Part shown: positions 51,962 through 64,000 of the stretch, one piece after another
Layout: every line of letters starts with the position of its first letter
How positions within the stretch are numbered: the first letter of the stretch is position 1
From: Eledone cirrhosa
Lineage: Eukaryota
Direction of reading: 5' to 3'
NCBI GenBank assembly: GCA_964016885.1
Contig: OZ024753.1
Coordinates: 930,001-994,000 of the forward strand
Length of the DNA: 64,000 nt
The notes under the pieces: model-generated
Told to the model about the DNA's origin: nothing
Databases searched by the model: none
What the model saw: only the letters and a program-made list of their open reading frames with translations
Translations under genes and position numbers: made by a program

Positions 51962-53239
51962 AGTATGCATGTATATTTAAGTAAGTATGTATATATATTT
52001 AAGTAAGTGCCGTACTAAGAGTGAGAAATGAAATTTCGTTTTCATTTTATTACAACTATATATATATATATATATTAAAACGGCAAAGAAGGCCGGACTG
52101 GGAGATGTACTTTAAAACTTTAATTCCGTGAAACCACTATAGATATTTCAACAGCTCAGCTCCAGCTTTTTACTGCCTGTAAAAACCTATTGTAGTGTGA
52201 GAAGGCAGCCCCCAAGTCTGAGTAAGAAAGAGTAAAATAAATAACGTAGACTTTATTTGGTCACCCTACCAGTTAAAAATATTAAAAATACCTTCAACGA
52301 AATAAATAGATATATATAAACAGACTACGAAACACCAACGTATTCGTTGTCGGAAGCAGACGATAGTTACTGGTGTGTATGTGTGAGTGTATCTGCCATC
52401 TTTACCACTAGTTCGTCTCACGTTATTTTCCTACTCAGACTTGGGGGTTGCCTTCTCACACTTCAACAGTTTTTTTTTTTTTTACAGGCAGTCCCCAAGT
52501 CAAATTTTCATTTTTCAGTTTCCTATTCTCTTTTCCCTATCTTCCATGATAAGTTTGGGTTCAACGTAACCCTGTTTTGCAATTCTGTCGAAGTTACCCG
52601 ATGAGATCTTCCTGTCTTGCATCATAAATGGATGATGGAGCTGGGCCATTGAAATAGATGTATGTATGTATATATATATATACAAGGCAGAATTCTAGGA
52701 GAAGGAGAGCTCTGATATAACACCTACAACCCTGATGGTATCCAATGATGTTGACTTGTTCTTCTTTTTGGTAAATATCATCTTGGTTAAGAGAGTGGGA
52801 CTGGCTTTGTGCAGTGCCTTTGCTCACTATAAAAGCTTCACGGCACAGGCATTGCTTTATATCTGGAGATCTCTCTGCACTTGTCGACACATGGTACCAT
52901 GGGCCCAGCACTATGGGTCAATAATTGTCACAAGTGTAGTGTTTGTACCAGAGTTTTTAAGTCGCAGGCTGGACTAAAAAGTCACACTCGTTCAGCGCAT
53001 CGGTAGGGGTTCTCCTACATGGATATAAAGTAGTGGCCGTACTCGAAAACGAGTTGGCAGCCACCATATATATATATATGTGTATATATATATTATATAT
53101 TATTATGGAATACTGTTGGCTTCTTGCGACAATGTTTTCTATACCTTTCATTTATATATATGTATATATATATATAATATAAGATCAAAAGATGGTTAAA
53201 AGAGTTCCAAGTATTTTATTATGCGCATTTCAAAAACAA

Positions 53240-53333
<94 letters not shown>

Positions 53334-54212
53334 ATGTGTAAAAGGTAAACAGAAATAACAACACAATCAGTACAGTATATGGAAGGGATATATTAAGGTT
53401 AACGCTTGATACAGTAGGAAGATATATATATATATATATATATATGTATACATAAAGAGAAGGAGAGAGAGAGTGACAGAGATAAAGAAAGAGATGGAGA
53501 GAAAGAGAGGGAGAGACAGAGAGAGAAAGACAGAGAGAGAAAGACAGAGAGAGAAAGACAGAGAGAGAAAGAGAGATGAAGGAGTAAATATTATGACCAG
53601 AGAGACAGATAAACTCACACAGACGCACCAGTAACTATCGTCTGCTTCCGAAAGCCGCCGATGTTTACGTTATTTATTTTACTCTTTCTTCGTTGTTTTT
53701 CATTAACAATGTTTTATAGAGTTATAAATGTTATTATGGCGAATACGTTTGTGTTTCGTAGTCTGTTTATATATATCTATTTATTTCGTTGAAGGTATTT
53801 TTAATATTTTTAACTGGTAGGGTGACCAAATAAAATCTACGTTATTTATTTTACTCTTTCTTACTCAGACTTGGGGGCTGCCTACACTACAACAGCTTTT
53901 TACAGGCAGTAAAAAGCTGGAGCTGAGCCGTTGAAATATATATAGTGGTTTCATTTAATTAAAATCTCAAGGCATATCTTCCAGTCTGGCTTTCTGTTGT
54001 TGTTTAATAAATACTTTACGCCGTTCCTGCAGCACCCACTTGATACCACATCTAAGATGGATGACTTGCATAATGTTGAGTGCTTTGATGGATTTGTTAC
54101 ATCATGAATTCCCTATCAGAACCACCAGTTCTATCGTTAGATGATCAAAATAACTAACTTAAATTGTATATAAATATATATATTATATATATATATACAT
54201 GTGCATATATAT

Positions 54213-54485
54213 AGTGTACCCCAGGCATTTGCGGCCCTAGTTATTCGCGGAATTAGTTAGAACCTAACTAATAATTGTTCGTGGAAACCACCGCATATTC
54301 GCGGATTCGTAAATATCTTCTGAGATTTTTTAATGGCTTTTTTTGTGGCAATACATATTTTTTAACGCTAAATTATTAATAACAATAAACTGTATTTGCC
54401 AGCCTATTGGACGTCCCTTCGCATAAGACGCTCCCTCTCTTTTATTATATTTTACGTTATATTTTGACGTTTATAGGATGTACTC
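54213..54485 (-). mobile_element. pogo/Tigger-like MITE (other copies ~40818-41000 and 57065-57339)
   Basis: Shared internal sequence among the three copies; termini agtgtacccc.../cagttgtcccc...cgcg next to TA. Confidence 0.6.
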
Positions 54486-54814
54486 TATAAGATGGTAGTG
54501 CTGGTGACATGGCAGAAGACACCCAGTTCACCCTGTAATATGGTCATGCTGATGACATGACAAAAACCACCGAGTCCACCCTATTAAATGGTCGTGCTGG
54601 TGACATGACAAAAACCACACAATCCACCTTGTCAGTTCACACTGTAACATGGTTGATGATAGGAAGGCCTTTGAGCCTTAGAAACCAAACCAAAATACAG
54701 ATTTGTATGAGCAAGAATCAGTCTCCTGACCTGGCTTCAATCATGAAGATGACATATATATTTTACAAACACATATATATACTGTGTATATGTTTGATGA
54801 TATATATTTATATA

Positions 54815-55800
54815 TGTGAGCTATACAAGCCATGTATAGAGGAACAGTCAGCAGGGTTAGAATTAACAATGAATAGAGTGAAGAATTTAGGTGTTCGCCA
54901 AGGCGTCCTTAGCCCCCTCCTGCTTATTATTGTCCTACAGGCTATATCAGAAGTGTTTAAGACTGGCTGCCCATGGGAACTTCTATATGCAGGTGATTTA
55001 ACTCTCATAGCCGAATCTATAGCTGAACTAGAGAATAAATTCCAAACATGGCAGCATGGCCTAGAATCTAAAGGCCTTAAAGTTAACTTGTCTAAGATTA
55101 AAGTTCTAATATGTAGAAAGGAGAATAGGACACAGGTGCCCTCTGGTAAATGGCCATGCTCAGTGTATAAGAAAGGAGTAAGTAGAAACTCCATTCTATA
55201 CCCCAAATGCAAACTATGGGGATATAAAAGATGTAGTGGGATCACAGGTAAGCTATCTAAGAATGTAGATTTTATATGTGGCCGATGCTCAGGTGCAGTA
55301 AGTAGCGAATGCCCACTGGACTCCTTTGACAACCCAGATGGCTCTATAGAAAGGGTAGACACTTTCTGATACCTGGGTGACAAAATCAGCAGTGGAGGAC
55401 GGTGTTCTGAAAGTACAGTAGCCAGAGTTAGAACAGGATGGAAAAAGTTCAGAGAGCTAATACTGCTGTTGGCCACAAAGAGTTTTTCTCTAAATATGAA
55501 AGGCAGATTGTATGATGCTTACATACGAACGGCAATGTTGCATGGTAGTAAGACATGAGTGTTGTTTAGACCTGCGTAGATTAGAAAGAAACGAAGTTTG
55601 CATGCTCCGATGGATGTGTAATAGCAATGTACGCGAACGGCAAAGTATAAACAAATTGAGAGAGAAACTAAGCATAAGAGGTATGGACATGTGATGTGTA
55701 TGAAAGACAACAGCTGTATAAAAAAGTGCAGAGCAATCAAAATTGATGGAAGCTACGGAGTGGGTAGACTAAGAAAAATCTGGGACGATGATGATGATGA
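54815..55800 (+). mobile_element. Degenerate RTE LINE fragment
   Basis: GVRQGVLSPLLL...ELLYAGDL...WPCSV with stops; ends in (GAT)n. Confidence 0.88.
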
Positions 55801-56354
55801 TATAAGCTTCATCTTATCAACATCCACTTTCTCTAGTAGCAAGGGTCTACATAAACCAAGTCAGTCCTGAAGCGGGACTACTGACCTCATAAATGGGCTA
55901 GGGGGTCGGTTATCTTGCTTACGAACGGTTTCACAGTCTACCAAGTACACAGGTAAGGCTGCCATGCGCTTGACACAACTGAAAGGTCCTCCCAACTCTT
56001 TGTTTGACAAACTTTCTATGTTTATTCTTTTATATTTTCAGGCTGATGTAGATAAAGCTGTAGCTGAATCAGTTCCCGTCCCACCCTTGCAAGCAAGGAA
56101 AAGCGGACGTAAAATGATGATGATGATGATATAAAAGACTTCGATATGCGATAAACATAACATGTATATAAATTGTAGCACATATACAAATAGATGTGTG
56201 TTTTGGTAGTTTGGGGAGAAAAATATAATTATTGGGGAGGCCATCCCTGGATATGCAAAATAAGTAAAGTGAACGACGAAGTTCGGATGAACTGAGAAAA
56301 AGCTGGTCATTAAAAAAGAAATGCGTGTGTGCAGACGTTCATAAAAACCTAGTC

Positions 56355-56910
56355 AAGGGGAGGTAACCATGTTGTATGTTTGGGTGTGTGTACGGTGTGT
56401 GACAGTATATGCGCGCGTGCGCGGTGACGTTTTTCAAAGGGAGGTAACCATGTTGTATGTTTGGGTGTGTGTACGGGATATGACAATCTATGCGCGCGTG
56501 CGTGCTGAAATTTTTCAAGGGGAGGCAACCATGTTGTATGTATGGATGTGTGTACGGTATATGATAGTCTATGCGCGCGTGCGTGTTGACGTTTTTCAAG
56601 GGGAGGTAACCATGTTGTATGTTTGGGTGTATGTACGGTTTTTGATAGTCTATGCGCGCGTGCGTGTTGACGTTTTCAAGGGGAGCTAACCATGTTGTAT
56701 GTTTGGGTGTGTGTCTGGTTTATGATAGTCTATACGCGCGTGCGTGTTGACGTTTTTCAAAGGGAGCTAACCATGTTGTATGTTTGGGTGTGTGTCTGGT
56801 TTATGATAGTCTATACGCGCGTGCGTGTTGACGTTTTTCAAGGGGAGCTAACCATGTTGTATGCTTGGGTGTGTGTACGGTGTGTGACAGTCTATGCGCG
56901 CGTGCGGCTG
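56355..56910. repeat. 70-bp minisatellite, ~8 units
   Basis: Same unit as 39392-39860. Confidence 0.92.
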
Positions 56911-58466
56911 GATGTTTTCCTCCTAACCGCACAGCCACGTTAAAATATATATATAGGTTTATTAATAAATATATATTTATTTATATTTTAAGACACGTTT
57001 TAATATATTGTATTCCTTACAAACTAAAATCCACGAGGTGTGTTAACAGGCTACATATATATATAGTTGTCCCCTGGTATTCGGGGAGGTTACGTTCCTA
57101 GAACACCAGTGAATATTGGACGTGGTCCCCATAAAAATGTCTGTAAACATCAAAACAACGTAAAATATAGACCGGCAAATACAGTAAATTGTTATTAATA
57201 ATTTAGCGTTAAAAAAAACATGAAAAAAATATATATTGCCATGAAAATAGCCATTAAACATCGCGAAAGATATTTACGATTCCACGAACCATTATTAGTT
57301 ATGTTCTAATAAAATTTCCGCGAATGCCGGGGGTACACTCTCTCTCTGTCTATATATATATATATATATATCATCTGCCTGTCAAACACCTCGTGGATTG
57401 CCTCTTTCTGTCGGGCAATGGCCGCAGCTCTCTGCCCTTTGGGGCATTTTTACGGAATCGCTTTCTTTGATGGCATTTGGTTGTTTTAGCGGCTGTTCTA
57501 GCGATGAGTTTTCTAATTTATGTATGCATATATATATATGTGCTTACATATTCTTTGTTTATGTTCATACACAGAATGGGAGAGCGCTAACTTTTGTTTC
57601 AATGTCTAGTAATGATGACCTCCCCAGACCGTACATAGTACGGGTAGGTGCCCATAACTGGGCATTGAAAACTAAGGTATCCCTTTTTTCTTCTGAGTAT
57701 GAACATACAATATATCAGCTCTTACACTACTATCTTTACCACGCACGGATATTTTGTGCTACATATACGTAAAAATAAATATAAAAATATACATATATGT
57801 GTGTAGGCGACTGTCTAATATCTACGTATGTATATGTACACGAATCGAACGTATTTCACTAGATTTATCACGCAAGAGTAATTGAACGAAGAACCTCGGA
57901 TGATTTGAGGGAAAAACTGGACATTTGAAGATAAATGTGTGTCTGAGCACATATTTGGTTGAAATGTGATCAAGGAGAGTTGTCCAGCCAACTGTCGTCT
58001 GTTGGGTGATACTGAACCAGATTAAAGCTCCTTAAAACTAATAACATGCATTTTCAGCAATAGTATGAATTAGAAAAACTGGAGTGTTAATAGTGGATGG
58101 TTAGAGACTCGATGAGTTTACCATTTACCCTTGTGTTAGCAGACCTCTAACGAAAGACGATCTACCCTTGATTAACCCAACAAGGTATCGTTTTGTGTAT
58201 TGAAGATGACATTGCACTGTATCCTTCAGTAGGTTTTTTTATGGAGATATGGCTGCTATTTCTAGCACGTCTCAACTGGGAAAGTCCCTATACGATCGCT
58301 CAATGAACTAGAAATAGCAGACAAGTCTTCCTAAAAAATAAACACCCAAATGTCTTTAAATACATATAAATCTCATGGAACTTACCTTGGATGTATTCCA
58401 TCATAACAGCATCTTCTATAGTCAAAGGTAAGTAGGAATCTCCATTTATAAATGTGTATGTCTCTA

Positions 58467-58569
<103 letters not shown>

Positions 58570-59916
58570 CAGTTTAAAATCTGGCGATCCGGAGGCTGGT
58601 TAATCCATGGTAATCCGTGTTCAGAGTAGTTATCCAGGTTCGAGGCATTGGGCCACATAAACGTGGAAAAATAGTTGATAAATGAAACAAAACAAACACA
58701 GGGATGCAAAAATCATATTACGTTCACGCTTGGAGGAAGTGGTGTGTTTGAATTTTAACAGGCTAATTGTTTCTTGCTTCGTTTAATATATGTCTATAGT
58801 ACTAAAACATCACTGCATCTCTCCACCTTTAAAGATTAACAACACAAAGTTAAAAGAACGTTGGAGTTCCCTCCAAAAACCAAGCCTCAATTTCACTAAG
58901 CATCTCTCATGTCTAATGTACATTACTGCCTGCGCAGCGACTAAACATCAAACGATTATATCTGTTTAGAGTGGTTCCAAACACTTTCGCCAGTCGACCT
59001 TTGGCAGGGCCAGCTAGCATATTGGTGTTCCCCTGCCATGCTTGTCACTCACACACGCCTTGTACCTTGTACCGTCGCTTCATGTGAAAATAAATCGCTG
59101 ATCGAAACTACATCTCTCGCCCTGCTTCCTCCTTTCAACTTGTGCTTTCGTCTGTTCATCCTTACCGTATGTGACAACAGTTCTTTTAAGGGCTATCTTC
59201 GGATACGATCAGACCGTATGCGATAACAGTCATTTTAAAGGCTATTCTCGGATCTGATCAGAAGTAGTGACCAGACTGACTAACCACGCCGCTACAGCTG
59301 TAACTGCTTTTAACAAACTGCCTCTTCTCTTCAGCATTATTGGATAAGGATTGAATTATGTCCAAGGCAAATGGAAGAAAACAATTTATATAGGACTGTT
59401 GAAACTTCCCTCTAATTACTTGTTTAGGGAAGCTAGAATATTCGAAACATTGTTGCCGGTGATAGCGAGGCTAAGTCGTGGAATAGCCATGTATCTTCAC
59501 TGGGAGCATCAACAAAGGGTAAATGGTAAAACACTCGAGTTTCTAAAACTCTACTATTAACACTCCAGCTTTTCTAATTCATTCAATTGCTGCTAATTTA
59601 TGCTTTTATTAGTTTTAAGTTTTAAACATGCACACATGTGTGTATCATGACTCGTGCACTGTTCATTTTACTGATGTTTGTGCATTGCCCTATGTACTGT
59701 ACATGCACTTTTTTTATGAGTTGTGGTGCACCTGGGCACTGTACACAATATTTCATTATTGTTTTTGTTATTATATCATGACTCGTACACTGTTCATTTT
59801 CCTGACATTTGTACATTATTCTATGTACTATACATGCACCTTCGATGAGTTGTAGTGCACCTGAGCACTGTACACAATAATTTCATTATTATTATTATTA
59901 TTAATACCATTCAATA

Positions 59917-60105
59917 GGCGGTGGATTGGCAGTATTGGTAGAGAGTCGGACGCCATGCTTTCCAGCATAGTTACGTCCCTTTACGATCTGAGTTCAAATC
60001 CCGCCGAGGTTGACTTTGCCTTTCATCCTTACGGGGTCGATAAAATAAAGTACCAGTAATGCACTGGGTAATTTGCTGGCCTTGTGCCTAAAGTAGAAAC
60101 AATTA
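59917..60105 (+). mobile_element. Full-length Nin-core SINE with TSD
   Basis: ggcggtggattggcag...gagttcaaatcc...aacaattatt; TSD ttaataccattcaa. Confidence 0.88.
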
Positions 60106-61199
60106 TTAATACCATTCAACAGATGGCAGTTGACTACTTAAGACTGGTAATCTCCCCTTGATCATATTTGAACCAGATATCTGCACACACGCATTTATCT
60201 TCCAAAGTCCAGTTTTTCTCTCAAATCATCCGGAGTTCGTCGTTCAATTATTCGTACGTTACACATCGAGCGGTATATGTTCGATTCGTACACATACACA
60301 CATATATATACTGGTTATTTATATATGGAGAGGAGATGAACTCTGCCAGGTTTAAAATATTCCCCAGAAACGATGTGTGTCACAAAGACATCAGGTAGTG
60401 CTGGTGACACGAAAATATGTAATCAGCACACCCTATAATGTGGTTGAACACATGAGCAAGACAAACAATGACAATCCATCTAACATACATTATCTCTCTC
60501 TCTCTCAACCCTATATTATCTGTTTTGTCTCTCTGTTCTCTGATTATAACCATCTTCTATTGCAATCTATAAGAGAATGTCTCAACCAGCACATCTTTCG
60601 TGAGCCTGGAGCATCAAAAAGAGACGCCTGTGATTATTTGAAGTCTTCTCCCCCCCTCTCAAACAAATAAAAACCCTCTGGGTACTCTTGAATCCTGAAA
60701 AGCGTTTACAGCCCACCCTGAAGAATTTCTCTCAGCAGTCTTCTTATTATTGTAAAATGATGACAATGACAAGAGCAAGGTTCCAACCTCCATAAAATTA
60801 ATTCTGTTATTCCTTTCTTCCTGTTATTCTAGATATTTGGTCCAGTGCAGCAGATTTTGAAGTTCTCTGATATGGAGGAAGTCATAGAACGAGCTAATAA
60901 CACTCACTATGGACTGGCAGCTGCCATCTTTACTAAAGACATTGACAAGGCTATGACCTTCACAAGTGCTGTTCAAGCTGGAACTGTGTGGTGAGAAACT
61001 ATTATTGCTTATACTCACTCTGCTTAGGGTAAAGAATAATAGTTCTGGTGTTTTTTAACTTTTAACGTCCTCTACTACATTAGCAAGACTTTCTGAAAAG
61101 TACAAAGTACCACCATGACCATAAAAATTAGTCTTTACTGCAAGGCTCTACCTCAAACCTATCAGAGAGTGACCGATACTTGGACAGTTTGCCCTCTTC

Positions 61200-61800
61200 A
61201 GCCAGAGGTGGTATCTGAATGCACCAGGCTTCCACTAGGGAAGGTGACACAGCATCTAGGATCCCAGATGCCTACCCCTGTGGTACGGGAAGATTGTCAT
61301 GTCATCTGCTTTTTTACCTCTCCCCCAGTCCAGCCCTGCTGTCTTAAGCTGGAAAGTCTGTGTCATCCAAGCCGTGTTTTACAATCTCGATGAGAGCAGC
61401 ATGATATGGGAGGCAGTCAGCACTGTAACGGCATGACTGTGGGTAGAGACCAAAAAGATCCACAGTGGTACCACTGTTGCATTTGTGAGGATCACAGTTG
61501 CAGAAGTTGAGCCTCAAAGAAAAACTGATGCGCAAGCAGTCACTGTTCAGCTGAGTACTAGTCACAAGTGATGGAACTGCGGGATTGAGAGGCCAAGTGG
61601 GAAAATGTCAGATGGTACTGATCAAGCTGACACACCAGCCTGCCTGAAATCATGTTGCAAAGGATGGCGTCCCATTCGTTTTGGGGTGACTGGATATCTA
61701 CAGAGGGTAAAAGGAGATGGATTTTCACAGGGCAGAGGCCAAGCTGATTCCATGTCACATAGGCCACCTCGTGTTCCCCAATCACAGTAGGTTCATTTGT
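61200..61800 (-). mobile_element. CRE-like LINE C-terminal remnant
   Basis: SLRLNFCNCDPHKCNSGTTVDLFGLYPQSCRYS...HAALIEIVKHGLD (zinc knuckle + RLE region). Confidence 0.65.
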
Positions 61801-63082
61801 TGTGGAGAACCCTGTTGATAAACTTTTGTGATGCAATTAAATATTGATGATTCTATAAAAGGAATTTTGGTGATTCTACAGGATGAAATCTGGCTCCTGT
61901 GTGGAGCTAGTATGTTATATCTGTTTTTATGATCAGGTGAAAAAATTAGAATATTTCCATCCATTTCTCTAATATGTTGCATGTTCTTCTATTTTAGGGT
62001 AAACACTTATTGTGCGATACAATGTCAATCTCCATTTGGTGGCTTTAATATGTCTGGAATTGGCAGAGAATTGTAAGTACAAATCATACACAAACACACA
62101 TGTGTATACATATACACATATGTCTATATGGACCTGGAACTCTGATGGAGTTGTAGGGACAAATTGTGGTGTGCAGTTATTTATTACACTAACAGGTCCT
62201 GCTTACAAGAGATTCGTGTTTCATTGGTATTGTCAATTCATCAGTTTGGCCATCTTGGAGTGGCTATGTTCTTTCTCACCTCTTTTATAGAAGAAATCTA
62301 AAGAAAGGGCTAATATTATCTGAGCCCTTGAATGAAGCAAGAAGCAAGCCTCTGGCTCATCTGAGAAGTCAATAGCTCCACTTGAGTACTGACTCAGCCG
62401 TGATAACCCGTCTAACTCTTGCTAGCATTAAAAGATGATGATGATATATTCTCTCTTTCAGCATGATATATTCTGTCCTACACCATCTTGTTTTTGTGAC
62501 CAAAAACTAGTTGGTGTAGGACAGAATGAGGGAGAGACACAAAATAACAACAAAGGTAGTCATTGAAGAGGTCACAGAATGTTATATAACAGGCTGAATG
62601 CGTTAAGTAACTCTATATGTCACTGCTGTAACTAATTATATATATAACTAGTTGCGGCCGGGGACCATTGAGTTAGTGACAGCAATCTTCATTAATTTTA
62701 TATAGTATATATATATGTTTGTTTTTCTTTTGTTCAATTTTCAGAGGAGAAGATGCCCTCCATGAATACACAGAGGTGAAGAATGTAAGTAGCTAAGTTT
62801 TGTTGACTTATAATGGTTTAACATTCTGACAGAAGGCCAGTAATATTATGTAGAAAGTAGGAAAGTTAATTATATCAACCTCAATATATTACTGGTACTT
62901 TATTTTATTGACCTTGCAGGATTTGAACTCAGACAGCAAAGAGCAGTACCCTAACACTACAAACTATTTTTGTTCTGTGCTCTAACAAGTCTGCCAAAAT
63001 ACTAGATCTTTTATGGGAGGGGGCCATTAGACAGGTTTCTATTAATGGACATTAAATGATGATGGTGGTGATGTTGAAGGAA

Positions 63083-63462
63083 GATTATCACTGAAGATTT
63101 GGGCATGTGAAAGATCTGCACGATGGTTGTGCCAAAGCTGCTGAATAATGACCAGAAGGAGCAACACATGCAAGTGTATCAGGACATCCTCGAGCATCTT
63201 GAAACCAAACCAGACTTACCATGAGTCATCAACAGTGATGAGTCCTGGATCTTCGAGTACGACCCATTTTCCGGACATGGTAGCCATCCAAAGGGCCGTG
63301 ATGACAGAGCTGCAAAATATCATGAGAGAATTCTGCCAGGAGTGTATGTAGGCATGGCAGAGAAGGATGTGTTAGCCTCAAAGGGGATTATTTTGAAGGG
63401 GAAAACTTGTAGTTTGGACTTTTTGTAACCACAGTTCTGTTTCTTTTCTGACATACCTTGTA
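63083..63462 (+). mobile_element. Mariner remnant including 3' end
   Basis: Paralogue of 44815-45103 that continues to GDYFEG and ...ctgacataccttg-TA. Confidence 0.75.
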
Positions 63463-63602
63463 TATTCATTTATATTCTGAGTTCAAATCCTAGAGATGAT
63501 TTAGCTTTTTACCCTTCCAGATTCAATAACATGAAGTAAGATGAACCAATGACAGCCTGTACATATTCGCAGTACATCTTAGAAATAACAATTGAATGTC
63601 AC

Positions 63603-63819
63603 TTAACCCTTTAGCATTTAAACCGGCCATATCCAGCCAGAATTATCTCAACTGTTTCTGTTTAAACTGGCTGTAACTGGCTACTCATAATGATGTTAAG
63701 ATATTGTTCTCAAAATAAATGATATCAAAATCTCATAGATTTGTTATTATGTGAGATAATTTTGTGAGGTAAAGCCTTTACCATGAAAATATAGAGTAAT
63801 GTAAATACTAAAGGGTTAA
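63603..63819. mobile_element. piggyBac-type MITE
   Basis: TTAA-CCCTTTAGCATTTA...TAAATACTAAAGGG-TTAA. Confidence 0.82.
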
Positions 63820-64000
63820 AACACACTTTAATCTCTTATTTCAGAAGAGGACATGTTAAATAATGTAATTCTGCATACATTTACAAAGGCAGAATGGTCA
63901 CTAAATAATAAATATCTAAAATATATACCAGCTATATTGTACACAGTTCTAGGAGAGATTTGGCGTGATACGGTATGTCACAAGGTGCACCCTTTCATCT

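Overview
Eukaryotic, AT-rich, repeat-dense animal DNA. The SINE/LINE/microsatellite landscape resembles an octopus-type cephalopod, which is an inference from sequence alone. The window holds a + strand tandem cluster of cytosolic ALDH1-type aldehyde dehydrogenase genes. Copy A has exons 2-14 at 12372-21705, and its exon 1 was not found in the window. Copy B is a complete 14-exon gene encoding 498 aa at 26734-45270. Copy C is an internally deleted pseudogene that keeps only part of exon 3 plus exons 11-13 (56042-62784). The rest is a young 5'-truncated RTE-clade LINE with an intact RT frame (5303-7393) inside a multi-kb (TA/TG)n array, many older RTE, CRE-like, mariner, piggyBac, hAT and pogo remnants, two SINE families, Penelope-like palindromes with hammerhead-core motifs, and several minisatellites. 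The long ORFs over the microsatellites and the 28-bp minisatellite are artefacts. The main points of interest are patchwork homogenisation of the ALDH paralogues that spares the substrate-pocket exons, a ~6.7-kb deletion in copy C sealed by a retroposon tail, apparent (TA)n targeting by the RTE, and a 2.3-kb minisatellite grown out of an RTE 3' end. Residue numbering and TE family names come from recall of the families, not from database searches.
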